A stretch of DNA of 64,000 bases. It comes from Tetramitus jugosus. Lineage: Eukaryota; Protista; Heterolobosea. Shown here piece after piece: positions 22,701-33,000 of the stretch. The stretch covers positions 62,001 through 126,000 of the forward strand of contig OW569360.1 in NCBI GenBank assembly GCA_937625935.1. The letters are read 5' to 3'. A model generated the notes under the pieces. It was not told the DNA's origin. It saw only the letters and a list, made by a program, of their open reading frames with translations, and ran no database searches. The translations under genes were made by a program, and so were the position numbers. Position 1 is the stretch's first letter, and each line of letters begins with the position of its first letter.

Positions 22701-22967
22701 TCACCTGAAGAACTAATTCCTATTATTTATGACAGTCAACCCACCACGAATGAAGAGGAGACACACTTAAAAAAGCCACAAGACATCGATCTGAATAGCG
22801 ATGACGAAGAAGACCTTGAGTTTGATGTAATAATGGATATTGATTCCGATGACGAGCAACCTGCATCACGAACAATTGAAGTTCCCCAGGACACCGTTGA
22901 GGTCAATGAATACGTGAGCGACGAGGAAGATGATGGAGATATTTTCATTAATCTTGACGAAGATTAA
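19758..22967 (+). CDS. Large acidic nuclear-type protein with a SAP-like helix-extension-helix motif
   Basis: Long ORF containing SAP-like EELRNFCRYNKMNYNGSKNDFAERILKYL, NLS-like KKKRAR, and an acidic C-terminus with SIM-like hydrophobic/acidic motifs. Confidence 0.7.
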   Translation: MTFASNNEHSEHNNDNNNNCDHEDEMRMQTPQQAPPSPPPTDSSSHSSDTDQTGDPTAHTELQQQLVNVHTNNDESYAITQSTIDQQPSTSIINEQHYQQEPSTPPSEMEHNELVQSANKSPPPPPHSPSHSPTRTTSSSPSLSSSSSSSLSLSAITNEKDALNQSTLTLEQKSMTTTTIDNSNKKNNNNNTTYDEQNIVVSDHHCQSPAAAATTAVTPLSNEPSIFLQNFNALGDLPLHLLNNIDFSFAIPFPNIDANSMANNSADVSSFVSLQLPPLDPMTFQLPPSLAAQHSGHSGPPKPQRMNAVATADDDDNGADDEMQGTSNEQQQNESQHASTFFPNDIKESMIEILHKLTMTQLVSLLETNKLFNKVTVRAKLSKKSARRGRRAKDSGTLEYAESAVIRKKYYIAIVDYIVSVGAKHFFAELDRSDMRATLKELIEKYDPSSGEELITSEEKKIVAQQVGDVDKLIKSQLRPYVKEYYKLLGFEGVMKELSHNTLKLYREVLEFPENEAENNEKETLMDAVLEEIFLHGAKHFLGKCKKDFLCQCAKRFGCSVKDGIQKDHVVALILSQEFSTLATDSLRSIYSTIPIEQPEPESESESDQELQPDVPEKVHTPRQKTLRSESEDEQKTPSRIKVRVKHRDNDRPSIKKGVTLDDLLGFYLHEELRNFCRYNKMNYNGSKNDFAERILKYLEENEPIWQLPPVKKKRAREEKPVDDADELNFSSSSDEETTKPRKQHTPKKDSVVRASKKPRLSSARGQQESLVLERRPVVLLTPKQPPKKSITMAPASTKKSVEPQEKSQTSHLTVSERMAPSFAVTHDIPRESTTLQTSEPPRSPAQDSYQQTENTLQEVTPENVVINKAEREIAANVTEEEIEQGIEMEIEMEMEKVRENIAEIATESVAENVVEQVTEEVTVPSTSKMEHEEMYHESEQTQIPMQPERPYESPSEEPIDTSLKEIEMEFAMETEMEDEKSPEELIPIIYDSQPTTNEEETHLKKPQDIDLNSDDEEDLEFDVIMDIDSDDEQPASRTIEVPQDTVEVNEYVSDEEDDGDIFINLDED

Positions 22968-23222
22968 AATATGTACTTATTTATAAATATGAACGTCATT
23001 ATCCACACAGTTAACCAGACACATTGTCTCACCAATTAACAGCTTTCAATTCATCAGGCGCCAAACAGTTTCAACTTTACAGAAAACCGGGAAAATGTCG
23101 AGAAATATAACCGAAAATTTCTGGTCAGAAGAACAAACAACAGACAGAAACATTTGAGCTTATTGTTGGTGAATATCGAGCTCAGTAAGAACCTCTAATT
23201 AAGAACCAAATAATCTCGAGGA

Positions 23223-24543
23223 ATGCAACGAAAACCTGAAGAGGGTCAACAAGCCTACTCATTTTCTCAAGCGCCTCAACCAGTGGCCGCTCGAAGTAAA
23301 TACAGAGACCCATTCTCAAGAACCGCCAAGTATGTGTTTTCGAACTCGCAATCAACTTTGACACGAATCTCACATCTCGTTCTTCTTTACTTGTTTCTTA
23401 CTTTGATTCAGAAATGAAAACTCCAATATTATGTGGGACAGGAGAGTGTACAGAGGTAATACATATGCTGCGCAGGTTATGCCGTTGAGTGCCCAGGTAG
23501 AAGTTGAATTAACCAAGAAGAAGGAAGCGAGTATGAAGCGGAAAAGACAACAAGCCCAAGAAGTTGCTCGATTAGAGAGAGAACAAGCGGAGAGAGTGCA
23601 TACACCAGACCCCATTCTAGGGAGAAAACATATCGATATTCAAACCGAACAATATCTGGAGGAAATTACCGATAGAGTGATAGAGGTGGATGCATTCACT
23701 GAAACAGATCCTTTCATGGATAGACCTGCCTCTCCCAAGTTTATACCTCAAAAATCAGGCGTTGATAGAGCAACCCAAATCGACGATGACCTATTCGACT
23801 TTGACTTTGAAGTTGAGCCAATACTGGAAGTTCTTGTTGGCAAAACTCTTGAACAAAGCATGCTTGAAGTTTTGGAGGAGGAAGAAATGGCAGCACTACA
23901 GACACATCAAAGAGAGTTCGAACAGAAGCGAAATGCTGAGTTGGCCGAGACACAGCGGTTAGAAGCAGAGGAGATTAGGAGACATGAAGAAAAAGAACGA
24001 AGAGTTCAACAAGAAAGAGAAAGATTACAAAAGGAAAAGAGTGCAAAGGAGAAGCTGGCCTCTCGAGCTTTCGCAAAAACATTCTTGCGCAATCTGGAAG
24101 TCAAAGTATTCAACAATTTGGAACACCAAGGTTTCTTCTTCGATGTTGTTGAGAGACAAGTTGAAACAGACTTTATGCCATGGTTGATGCAAGAAGTTCA
24201 ATCCAATTTGGACAAGGAGAAGGATGCTCGCGAGCTGGTTGACCAACTCATCAAGAGTACTCTGAAGAAACTTCTGGTGACAGAACAACAAGCGAGAGAA
24301 GAAAGACACGAGAGAGAAGAGCAAGAAAGACAACGAAGGATACGAGAGGAAGAAGAAAGGATTCGACTAGAGCAAGAAAGATTAGAAGAAGAACGGAGAA
24401 GAAAAGAGGCTGAAGAATTGGCACTCCAGGAGAAGAAGGCCCGTGAAGCTGCAGAAGCACTAAAGAACGAGGAAGGAGATGACGAACAGGAAGAGAGAGA
24501 AGATAATGAGGAAGAGGATGACGATGAAGAAGATGACGAGTAA
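23223..24543 (+). CDS. RSPH3: Flagellar radial spoke protein 3, 2 exons, intron 23330..23411
   Basis: Splicing gives ...KYRDP...NIMWDRRVYRGNTYAA. Also GRKHIDIQTEQYLEEI and LFDFDFEVEPILEVLVGKTLEQS. Confidence 0.95.
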
Positions 24544-24769
24544 AATGCGTCGCATTCTCCAACAATCCACTTGAAAACACCACTGTTCCCTCCACGACAC
24601 CACTTGTACAAAACTATTTCCACATTTGGTTTGTATTATCAAAATACGAATATCGTTTTAATAAAATAGATAGTTTCAATCCATAACCTACTACAAACAT
24701 ATTTGTTTCTTTGTACAGTGCGCAGTTCTTCTTCGCCCAAAAAAAAATAATCCACCAACAATTCGTTTC

Positions 24770-25120
24770 TTAAAATCTTCCAAAGTACTTGTATCTCTCA
24801 TTCTTCACAATATTGTGTGCCTCTGCGCCCAATCGATTCAATTTTGATCCATAACCCAAATCATATTCATACAGAGTATAGGTATAAACAGCAGACAATG
24901 GAAGGAGCATGGCAGAAGGGAACTTTAACTTAACAGCCCAATGAGCAAATGTTCCAATAGTCACCAACGAAGAGTAACCAAATGCCCAACGAAAACGTTC
25001 TCTGCTCTTTGCGACACTCATGGCAACACCCAACTCTGCAGGTCTTCTGAATTTGGAGTTTACTTCAGAGTATTCAGATTGGATGGTTTGTGGTGTGGTG
25101 GAAGTTGTTGTGGTGGACAT
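24770..25120 (-). CDS. PLGRKT: Plasminogen receptor (KT)/DUF2368 family small two-TM protein
   Basis: AMSVAKSRERFRW, two hydrophobic helices, and YEYDLGYGSKLNRL..EA..I. Confidence 0.75.
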   Translation of the reverse strand: MSTTTTSTTPQTIQSEYSEVNSKFRRPAELGVAMSVAKSRERFRWAFGYSSLVTIGTFAHWAVKLKFPSAMLLPLSAVYTYTLYEYDLGYGSKLNRLGAEAHNIVKNERYKYFGRF

Positions 25121-25295
25121 GTGTTATGGTGGTTGTTGTTGTTTTGGTTTGATTTTTGGTTTTACGGAAGAAATGCTCCATTTGTTCTTCCGACTCTGCG
25201 AGCGGAGTTGATCTGGTTCAATGAATTCGTGTAGAAAAAAAACTTGAACACACAAAAACAACCACACGACACAAACCGAGAACAACAAGAAAGAA

Positions 25296-26180
25296 ATGAC
25301 CAAATTTTCAACATTGAAAAAAGTGTTACCCCAAAAAACGCACAAGGAGCGTCAACAATTGTCAGGCAGACGTCATTTGGGAGCTCTCGAAAAACACAAG
25401 GACTATTTGGTTCGTGCGCGAAAGACTCATCAACGAAAAGCACAACAACAATTACTCCGACAACAGGCACAACAACGAAATCCGGATGAGTACACTCATG
25501 AAATGACACGTGCGCACCGCACAAGAGATGGCACAACCATTGTTGAGAAGTTGCCAGAGAGAGAGCGGGGAATTGTGACGGAGCGGATGCAAAAAAGGCA
25601 TGTGGAAAAAAATGCCGCCAAAAATTTGAACCTCTTACGATACAAGCATTCAATCTTGGTGAGCAAGATTGAAAAGCTCAAACGGAATTTACACTTTATT
25701 GACTTGAGCAACAACCATGCCACAACATCAGATGATGATGATGAACAAGAAGATGACGACAATAAGCTTAAACAGATGCCAAAACAACCAAAACACACTG
25801 TTTTTGTCAAAAATAACAAGGAGCTAGAGGAATTTGATCCACAAGAGTACTTTGACACAGATGCCAGTCTCGTTGGTCAGTCATACAACAGAATCAAGAG
25901 AGGTGATCTATTGAAGTCCAACCTGACGCGCAGTAGCCCTGAGACTGTCGCTGAACAAAGTCAAGCCACAATGAAACAATACCGTGAATTGGAGAGGTAC
26001 CTGGAGAAGGAGAAGGTTGTCAGAAAGGCACTGAATGATCTCCAAATGGCTCTTCACATTACTGTGGAGGGATCTCAGGTGGAAGAGTATGAGAAAGATG
26101 AAGAAGTCAATAATCCAAACTTTAATACGAAGCTAAAGAATGTTGTAGCTGTTCGTTTCAAGCAGGAAAGAAAGAGGTAA
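25296..26180 (+). CDS. UTP11: U3 snoRNA-associated protein 11 (SSU processome)
   Basis: HKERQQLSGRRHLGALEKHKDY..RA, RNPDEY, KHTVFV, FDPQEYFDT, and C-terminal FKQERKR. Confidence 0.93.
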   Translation: MTKFSTLKKVLPQKTHKERQQLSGRRHLGALEKHKDYLVRARKTHQRKAQQQLLRQQAQQRNPDEYTHEMTRAHRTRDGTTIVEKLPERERGIVTERMQKRHVEKNAAKNLNLLRYKHSILVSKIEKLKRNLHFIDLSNNHATTSDDDDEQEDDDNKLKQMPKQPKHTVFVKNNKELEEFDPQEYFDTDASLVGQSYNRIKRGDLLKSNLTRSSPETVAEQSQATMKQYRELERYLEKEKVVRKALNDLQMALHITVEGSQVEEYEKDEEVNNPNFNTKLKNVVAVRFKQERKR

Positions 26181-26272
26181 AAGTAAATCCCAAGCGCCAT
26201 GTGCATTTCTCGCAAAGTGTTTTATCTTTTTTTGGAATCCTTTTGTTGCTTGTTCAAATATTTGAACAAAAA

Positions 26273-27040
26273 ATGAAGACACCAGAAGCAACAATGATCC
26301 GTGAGGATCAGACGATGGTGGATGATGAGAGTGAGAATGCTGCTATTCGTCAGGAAATTCGAGAGAATCGCTTGGATGACAATGTCGATCAAGCAACTCT
26401 ACTGATACCAAGGTTGATTTCCAGTGAGATTTTATGTCACACTGGAGTCATTGATCTTGCTTGTGACACTTTGTTGTTGCCACCAAACTTCACACAACAG
26501 TACAGATACTACAAGGTGACGAACAAGGGAAAATCCAGAAGTGCTGTATTCGTTGTCGGAAAAACAAGAGACCAACAGTTGATTGTAAACTTGGAGTATC
26601 GACATCCGACAGAAAGAAATTTCGTGTATGGATTCCCTGGAGGTTTAATCGATTCGGGTGAGACTGTGGAGGAAGCAGCACGAAGGGAACTCTTGGAAGA
26701 GACTGGTTACAGTGCCCCAATTGAAAATTTTAAAAGAATTGGCAGTAGTTTTCCTCTGCCCGCTATTTCTGGCCTTCAAACCTACTATGTTGCTGCCTGG
26801 GATTTGGACAAAGTAGATGAGCCAAACTTGGAGCCAAGTGAGACATTGAAGGTTGAATTAATGAAAGAATCAGAGATTGATCGATTGCTGATGGCTCAAA
26901 TGCATGTGGAAGAGTCATGTGAGAAAGAACAAGAGCTACCACCGAGAGCACTAAGCGTGGATGGAAACTTTGTAACTGCATTTTGGTATTTTCAGAAGTT
27001 TAGCAGTTCGTTTGGGTGTCAAGTAACAACAACAAAATAA
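26273..27040 (+). CDS. Nudix hydrolase (ADP-ribose pyrophosphatase/NudF-like)
   Basis: EYRHP...FPGGLIDSGETVEEAARRELLEETGY Nudix box. Confidence 0.88.
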   Translation: MKTPEATMIREDQTMVDDESENAAIRQEIRENRLDDNVDQATLLIPRLISSEILCHTGVIDLACDTLLLPPNFTQQYRYYKVTNKGKSRSAVFVVGKTRDQQLIVNLEYRHPTERNFVYGFPGGLIDSGETVEEAARRELLEETGYSAPIENFKRIGSSFPLPAISGLQTYYVAAWDLDKVDEPNLEPSETLKVELMKESEIDRLLMAQMHVEESCEKEQELPPRALSVDGNFVTAFWYFQKFSSSFGCQVTTTK

Positions 27041-27076
27041 AAGGCACTGATGATTCTACAAATTTTTTATTCCAGT

Positions 27077-30000
27077 TTACACAGCTCCATACTTAGTGGT
27101 GTCAGTGATTGGAACTGGGAATGTAGCTGCTGATCTTAATCCAGTGGTGTAGGCAATGTCGTTGTAAGACACTGAGTACAGCATGAAGTAGGTGGCACTT
27201 GATGTTGATGCTGTCAGTGGACTGTTGGTGATGTAATAGCCGTCACTTACCTGGAGATACATTGACACAAACGTTGGAACTGGTGTACCTACGAGCGCAG
27301 ATGTAGAAGTTCTCATGTTGAAATACTGAGGGGATGCTCCGTTGGCATAGAACTTGGTGGAGGAACGAACAACATACTTTTCTGTTTGCAAACTCCACAG
27401 AGCGAACGATGCAACGGTGGAACTTTGGTAGTTGATCTTGGTTCCAAAGTTGTTACACACGACCTGGAAGAGAGTTGCTCTGCTGTCTGAAGAGTTAAAG
27501 GAATTGGAAGCATATGTCATGGCTGTGGAAGCATCAGCAACGTACCACTGATAAGTACCGGTGGAGATACCAACAATTTGACCACAGTAAGCAAAAATAT
27601 CTGTTCCTTCAGTGTATGTGTTACTTGCCACAGCGGTATCAATCAAATCACAACTCTGGGATTGGATTGTGGAAACGACAGTGCTGAGTTGGTTCCAATC
27701 AACAGACAACGACAAGTCCTGGTTGTAAGACAAGTCACGAATCAGAGCCTTGGCGGATGGGTTACTCAAGTAAGGTCCAACACCAATAGACATAATTCTC
27801 CAGTAGCCATCAGCGTCACCAGGCTTCTTGGCGTTGATTCTTCTGGCTTCGGACAACACATCACCACAAGGGTTGCACTTTAGAGGACCACTTGCGGTAC
27901 AGTGATTGCAATCTCTAGCTGGATATCTAGTACTGGTACAAAGGCTTGTGCTCAAATATGAAGCACTTGAACATTGAGAGCAAGAGCAAGGGGTGTTTGG
28001 TTCACCATCGAAAATCGTAATAATCATCTTTGGTACAGTAGTTCCTCTGCTGTTTGTTCCCGTTAGCATTCTCTCAGCACTGAGCACACCACTTCTAATG
28101 TTGGTAGATCCACCAGGGTATGCCAAGTTAGTGATAGCGTTAGTGATTGTTGCTTTGGATGATGTAAGGGGTAGAATATTATAAATACTGCCGTCGAACA
28201 CAACGATACCAATTTGGGTTTGAGTTGATCCACTACCAACATCGAGAGGGTCTACAATCTGTTGCATAAAGCTTCTCATCAGAGCAAAGTTGGATGAGCC
28301 AATAGAACCAGATCCGTCGATAACAAACACAATATCCAATGGTTTGACACACTTACAATTTTGGAATCTGACATCAAGGATGGCATATCCAATTTGTGAA
28401 GGGTCTTGAACGGAATGGATTTGGTATCTGAAACGCTGAGTCTGACATTCGACAGAAGCTTGACTCAACTTCCATGTTCCAGAACTTGGAGAAGTTGGAC
28501 TCACGTTACCGCAGAATCCATTAGCTGGGACTGGAGTAGTAGAACAACCATCTGCAGCACTAATGTAGAACCCATCGAACGCAATAGTACCACCGAGAGG
28601 ATCATTATCATTCACCATAATGTCTGACTCGGTCATGGTGAAGTAGGCACCGTCTTGGTTACTCACAGTGATACTGCGGCCAACAGCATTCAGTCCAGAT
28701 GTAGTAATCACAACAGTAACAGTGTTGGTGACACTTGACAAGTCAGGATCGGAGGTTGATACCATTATCTTGCAAGTTGCAGTTGAATAGGTGTATTGAC
28801 GCACGAAGGTAAGAGTGTTTCCGCTAATCGTTACGGAATCAGCACCTGTACAGGTGTGAGACACAATAGCAAATGTAAGTGCATCGCCATCAGGATCAGA
28901 AGCACCGGATGCCGTCAAATAATTCAATGTGTGCGTTCTAGAATCTCTTCTGGCTGCGACATTCCAAGTATAGTCGTTGGCAGTTGGAGGCAGGCTTGTA
29001 ACTGAAATAGTTAGGATATTGCTTCCTGTAGCACCAACACCATCCTTTCCAGTAAATGGAATACTGTAAGAAACTTTAACTCCAGTTGGAGCAACAAAAG
29101 TAAAGGTGCTTCCCGAAAGAGTCAAACCTGAAGGGAGATTGCTGGCAGAAATTGTAACAGGATCACCGTTTGCATCTGTGCATACTGCAACAACACTCTT
29201 AGTTTGTCCCTTTTGCACAGAGATGGGTGCTGGTTGACAGACTGGAGCAGCGTTCGTGAAGGTAATGGTCGCAGTTGCGGGACCAGAGTTCACGAGTCCA
29301 TCATTATACACATATTGAACTTGAATACTTGAAGCAAAGTATTCAGAAATAACAACAGAAACATCATTTCCAGTACCGGTCAATTGGCCTCCAGAGATGA
29401 TAGAGAGCGTTAGAGGATCTGAATCAGCATCAACAGTACCAGAAGGTAGCAACGAATTGGCACCAGTCAATATATATCTACTCTGGCCATAAACTCTTGA
29501 GATAGAAATACTCTTGCTTGGAGCAACAGGAGGGATATTAAGGAAAGTAATAGCGATTGTTCCTTGAGAAACAGCAATTCCATCTGTGATTGTGTAGGTA
29601 ACAGTAAGGCTACCAGTGGCCTTGATGGCGTTACTTGGAGTGAGTGTAATGACACCGTTGGACACAGTGTACATTGTTGAACTCAAGCCCACCAATGTGC
29701 TTTGAACAGTCAAGTTGTTAGTATCAAGATTGTCAGCATCGGTAGCGTCAGCCTTGGCACTAAATACATATGATGAGCTTGTGGACCAATGGGCGCTGGT
29801 AGTGTAAGACTTTGCAACTGGTGCAGTGTTGTAAACAGTAATGGTTGCTTGTCCAACGGCAGTCTGGATTCCATCAGAGATGGTGTAGGTAAGTACTTCT
29901 ACTCCTGTAAAGCTGGAAGGAGGATTATAGGTGATAGTACTTCCAGAGTAAGTAATTCTTCCAGTGATCGAGCCTTGGTTAGAAGTGATAGATAGAATCG

Positions 30001-33000
30001 AAATAGTATCAGAGTCGGTTGGAGTTTGAGCAACCACATATGCAACATTTGTTTGCCTCCAGTGAATAGAGTCAGAGATGGTTTTGGCAACAGGTGCTTC
30101 ATTGATGATGGAAACTGTAGCTGTTTGTTGGGCAATAGAAGCTCCATCAGACACGGTGTAAGCAAAGCTGAAACTACTTCCAATCAAGCTAGCAGGAGGA
30201 GTACCAGTAACCTTGGCCTTACCACTTTGCATGACTAGAGAAGATGCTGCATTGGATGGAGAAACTGTTCCCAAAGAATAAAGGGTCACTGTATCACCAT
30301 TGGCATCAGAGGCTCCGCTAATCACATCAAGAAGCAAACCAGTCTTGTAATCGGACCAATGGACATTGTAGCTCTGAGCAATTGGAACAGGAGCATCATT
30401 AGTCACATTTACGGCAGCCAAGGCAGTGTACGATTGAACTTGATCGGTAATAGTATATGAGAATTGAACATCACCTGATCCAACATAGTAGAGACCATTG
30501 ACAGATCCCAACAGATACACAACTTTGTTGGAGGACAGAGAAAGACTTCCTGGACCTGAAACGAGAGCAGCAGATGTTAGAGTGATAGGGTCACTATCAC
30601 TATCACTGGCATAAGTTAAAACATCGAATCCACCATAATCAGCAGTCAGAAGACTTCTCCAATGGGATGACACAACCTTGTTTGGAGCAGTTGGGGCAGT
30701 ATTAGTGATAGTGATAGTGACTGTAATTGTTTCGGTGGTGATAGTATCAGTGTAGTAAACCGCGAATTTAACCACTCCAATAGTCTTTGCAGCAGGTGTA
30801 TAGGTAACGTTTTGCTTGTTGGCTTCGACGACTGCAATTCCTGTATAAGCAGGGCTAGATGAGACGTCAGTCAGCGTGAGTGGGTTCACTCCGGTCATAC
30901 CATCAGTAAGGTTCAAGCTGACTCCACCCTGAATGTCTCTCCAATGGAAGGTGTAGTACTTTTGGGATGCTTGAACAGAAGTATACTTGACAGTAATCGC
31001 AATTGTGTTGGTTGCATCATCGAGTTCATCGTTGATGGTGTAAGTGTAAATATCTGTTCCAACACAATTGGCCTTTGGTTGATAGTGAATCTTTCCTTTC
31101 AAAACACTTGCAGTTCCGTTGACAGGTCCTGAGGCTTTGACATCCTTGAGATACAGGAAGGTAGAATCTTCAGAATCTTTGTCGGTGGCCTTAGCAATGA
31201 CATCGATATCAATCCCAGTGTTGAGATACTGAGGGTCTAACTCCAAGACAATAGCAGCAGCGACAGGTGCATTGTTGTACACAGTAACCGAGATGGAACT
31301 AGTGCTTGTTGAAGCACCATCACTTAAAGTGTAAGTGAATGAGGAACTTCCCTTCTTCCAAGAGGAAGTACCGGAGAATCTTAAAGTGGAAGGAGAACCT
31401 GAAACAGTATTCTTAACTACTTGACCATTGGTAGGTGAAGTGTAAGTCAAGGTCAAGTCATCTCCATCCAAATCCTTAACGGAGCTGTATGGAGAGAATT
31501 CGGTGTAGCCTGCAGTTTGGAGAGTTCTCCAATGAATAGTTCTTGAAAGTGAAGTTGCTGATGGCTTGTTTGCATTGGTAACAGTAACTGAGACCGTAGC
31601 AGGACTAGTGGATTGTTGAGCTCCATCGGAGATACTGTAAGGGAAAGAACATGTGCCCAATGTCAAAGAAGCAGGAACATCAAATCTGACGGTTCCAGCA
31701 ACAGCATCGACAATGGTAGCAGTTCCGACACTAGAAGGAGAGGTAGACAAAGAAGATGACGCAATCTTGATTGAATCACTATCGTCATCCTTATCATTAG
31801 TGAGAACGTTGAAAGTCAAACTTCCGGTTCTCCAATGCAAACTATATGCGTCATTGTTTGCGACTGGACGAGTGTTAGTGACAGTGACAGTTACTACACC
31901 ATCAGTTACCTTATTCCAATCAGAGACTGTGTACTTGAAGCTATCAGTTCCAACAAATGGTTGAGTTGGTACGTATCGTACTCCGAGTCTTCCGTCTGGC
32001 AGGGTAATAATACTTGATACTCCATTCTTTGGTGAAGTAACAGATTGAACATACAAGCTATCACCTTGTGCATCAGAATCATTAGCCAGAACATCAATTG
32101 TGACACCTTCGGCGACACTCCAGTGAAGTGTGGCAGTATCTGCATTGGCAATTGGAGCAGTATTGGTCACAGAAATTGTTACAGTAGCAGAGGTACTGAT
32201 ATCAACACCGTCAGTAATGCGATAGGTGAATGAATCAGTGCCAACAAAACCGCTGGTTGGAATATAAAGGAACTTGCTTCCAGACAAAGTCAAGAGTCCA
32301 CTTGAAGGTCGAGAAAAGGAGGAGACTAGGATAGAGTCACCATCAGCATCAGAATCATTGAGAAGTGGCTCAATTGAGACTGATCTATTCCAGAAAGTAG
32401 AAACAGCATCATTCACTGCGACAGGAACAGTGTTCTTAATGTTAACAGCTACAGTAGCTGTACCAGTCAAACCAAGGTCATCAGAGACAACATAGGTGAA
32501 ACTGACCTTACCAACAGTAGTATCGGCCTTGAATTGGACCGTCTTCTTATCAGAGCTAATAGTAATCACGGAGGAACCAGCATCTGGACCAGACACCGAA
32601 GTAATGGTCAAAGGGTCATTATTTGGGTCAACGTCATTGCTCAACACATTAATGGTAACAGAATTCTTCTTGACGACAGTTGCAGTGTCGTCATTTGCAA
32701 CAGGGGCCTCGTTGTAAACATTGATGGATACAGTGGCAGTAGCAGTCTTGGCCTTAGATGCAGTAGTAACAACATCTCTCATAGTATAGGTGAAGCTATC
32801 AGCACCGACAAAGGTGGAAGGAGCAGTGTATCTCAAGACTTTGCTGGAAATCTTGGTGACCTTTCCACCCTTGGTGGTAGTGATAGATCCAGAGAGAACA
32901 ACTTCCATATCATCACCATCAGGATCAACATCATTAGCAATCACATCAATGTCAACATAATTGTTTCTGCTACAGTCTGCAGAATCACTGTTGGCAACAG

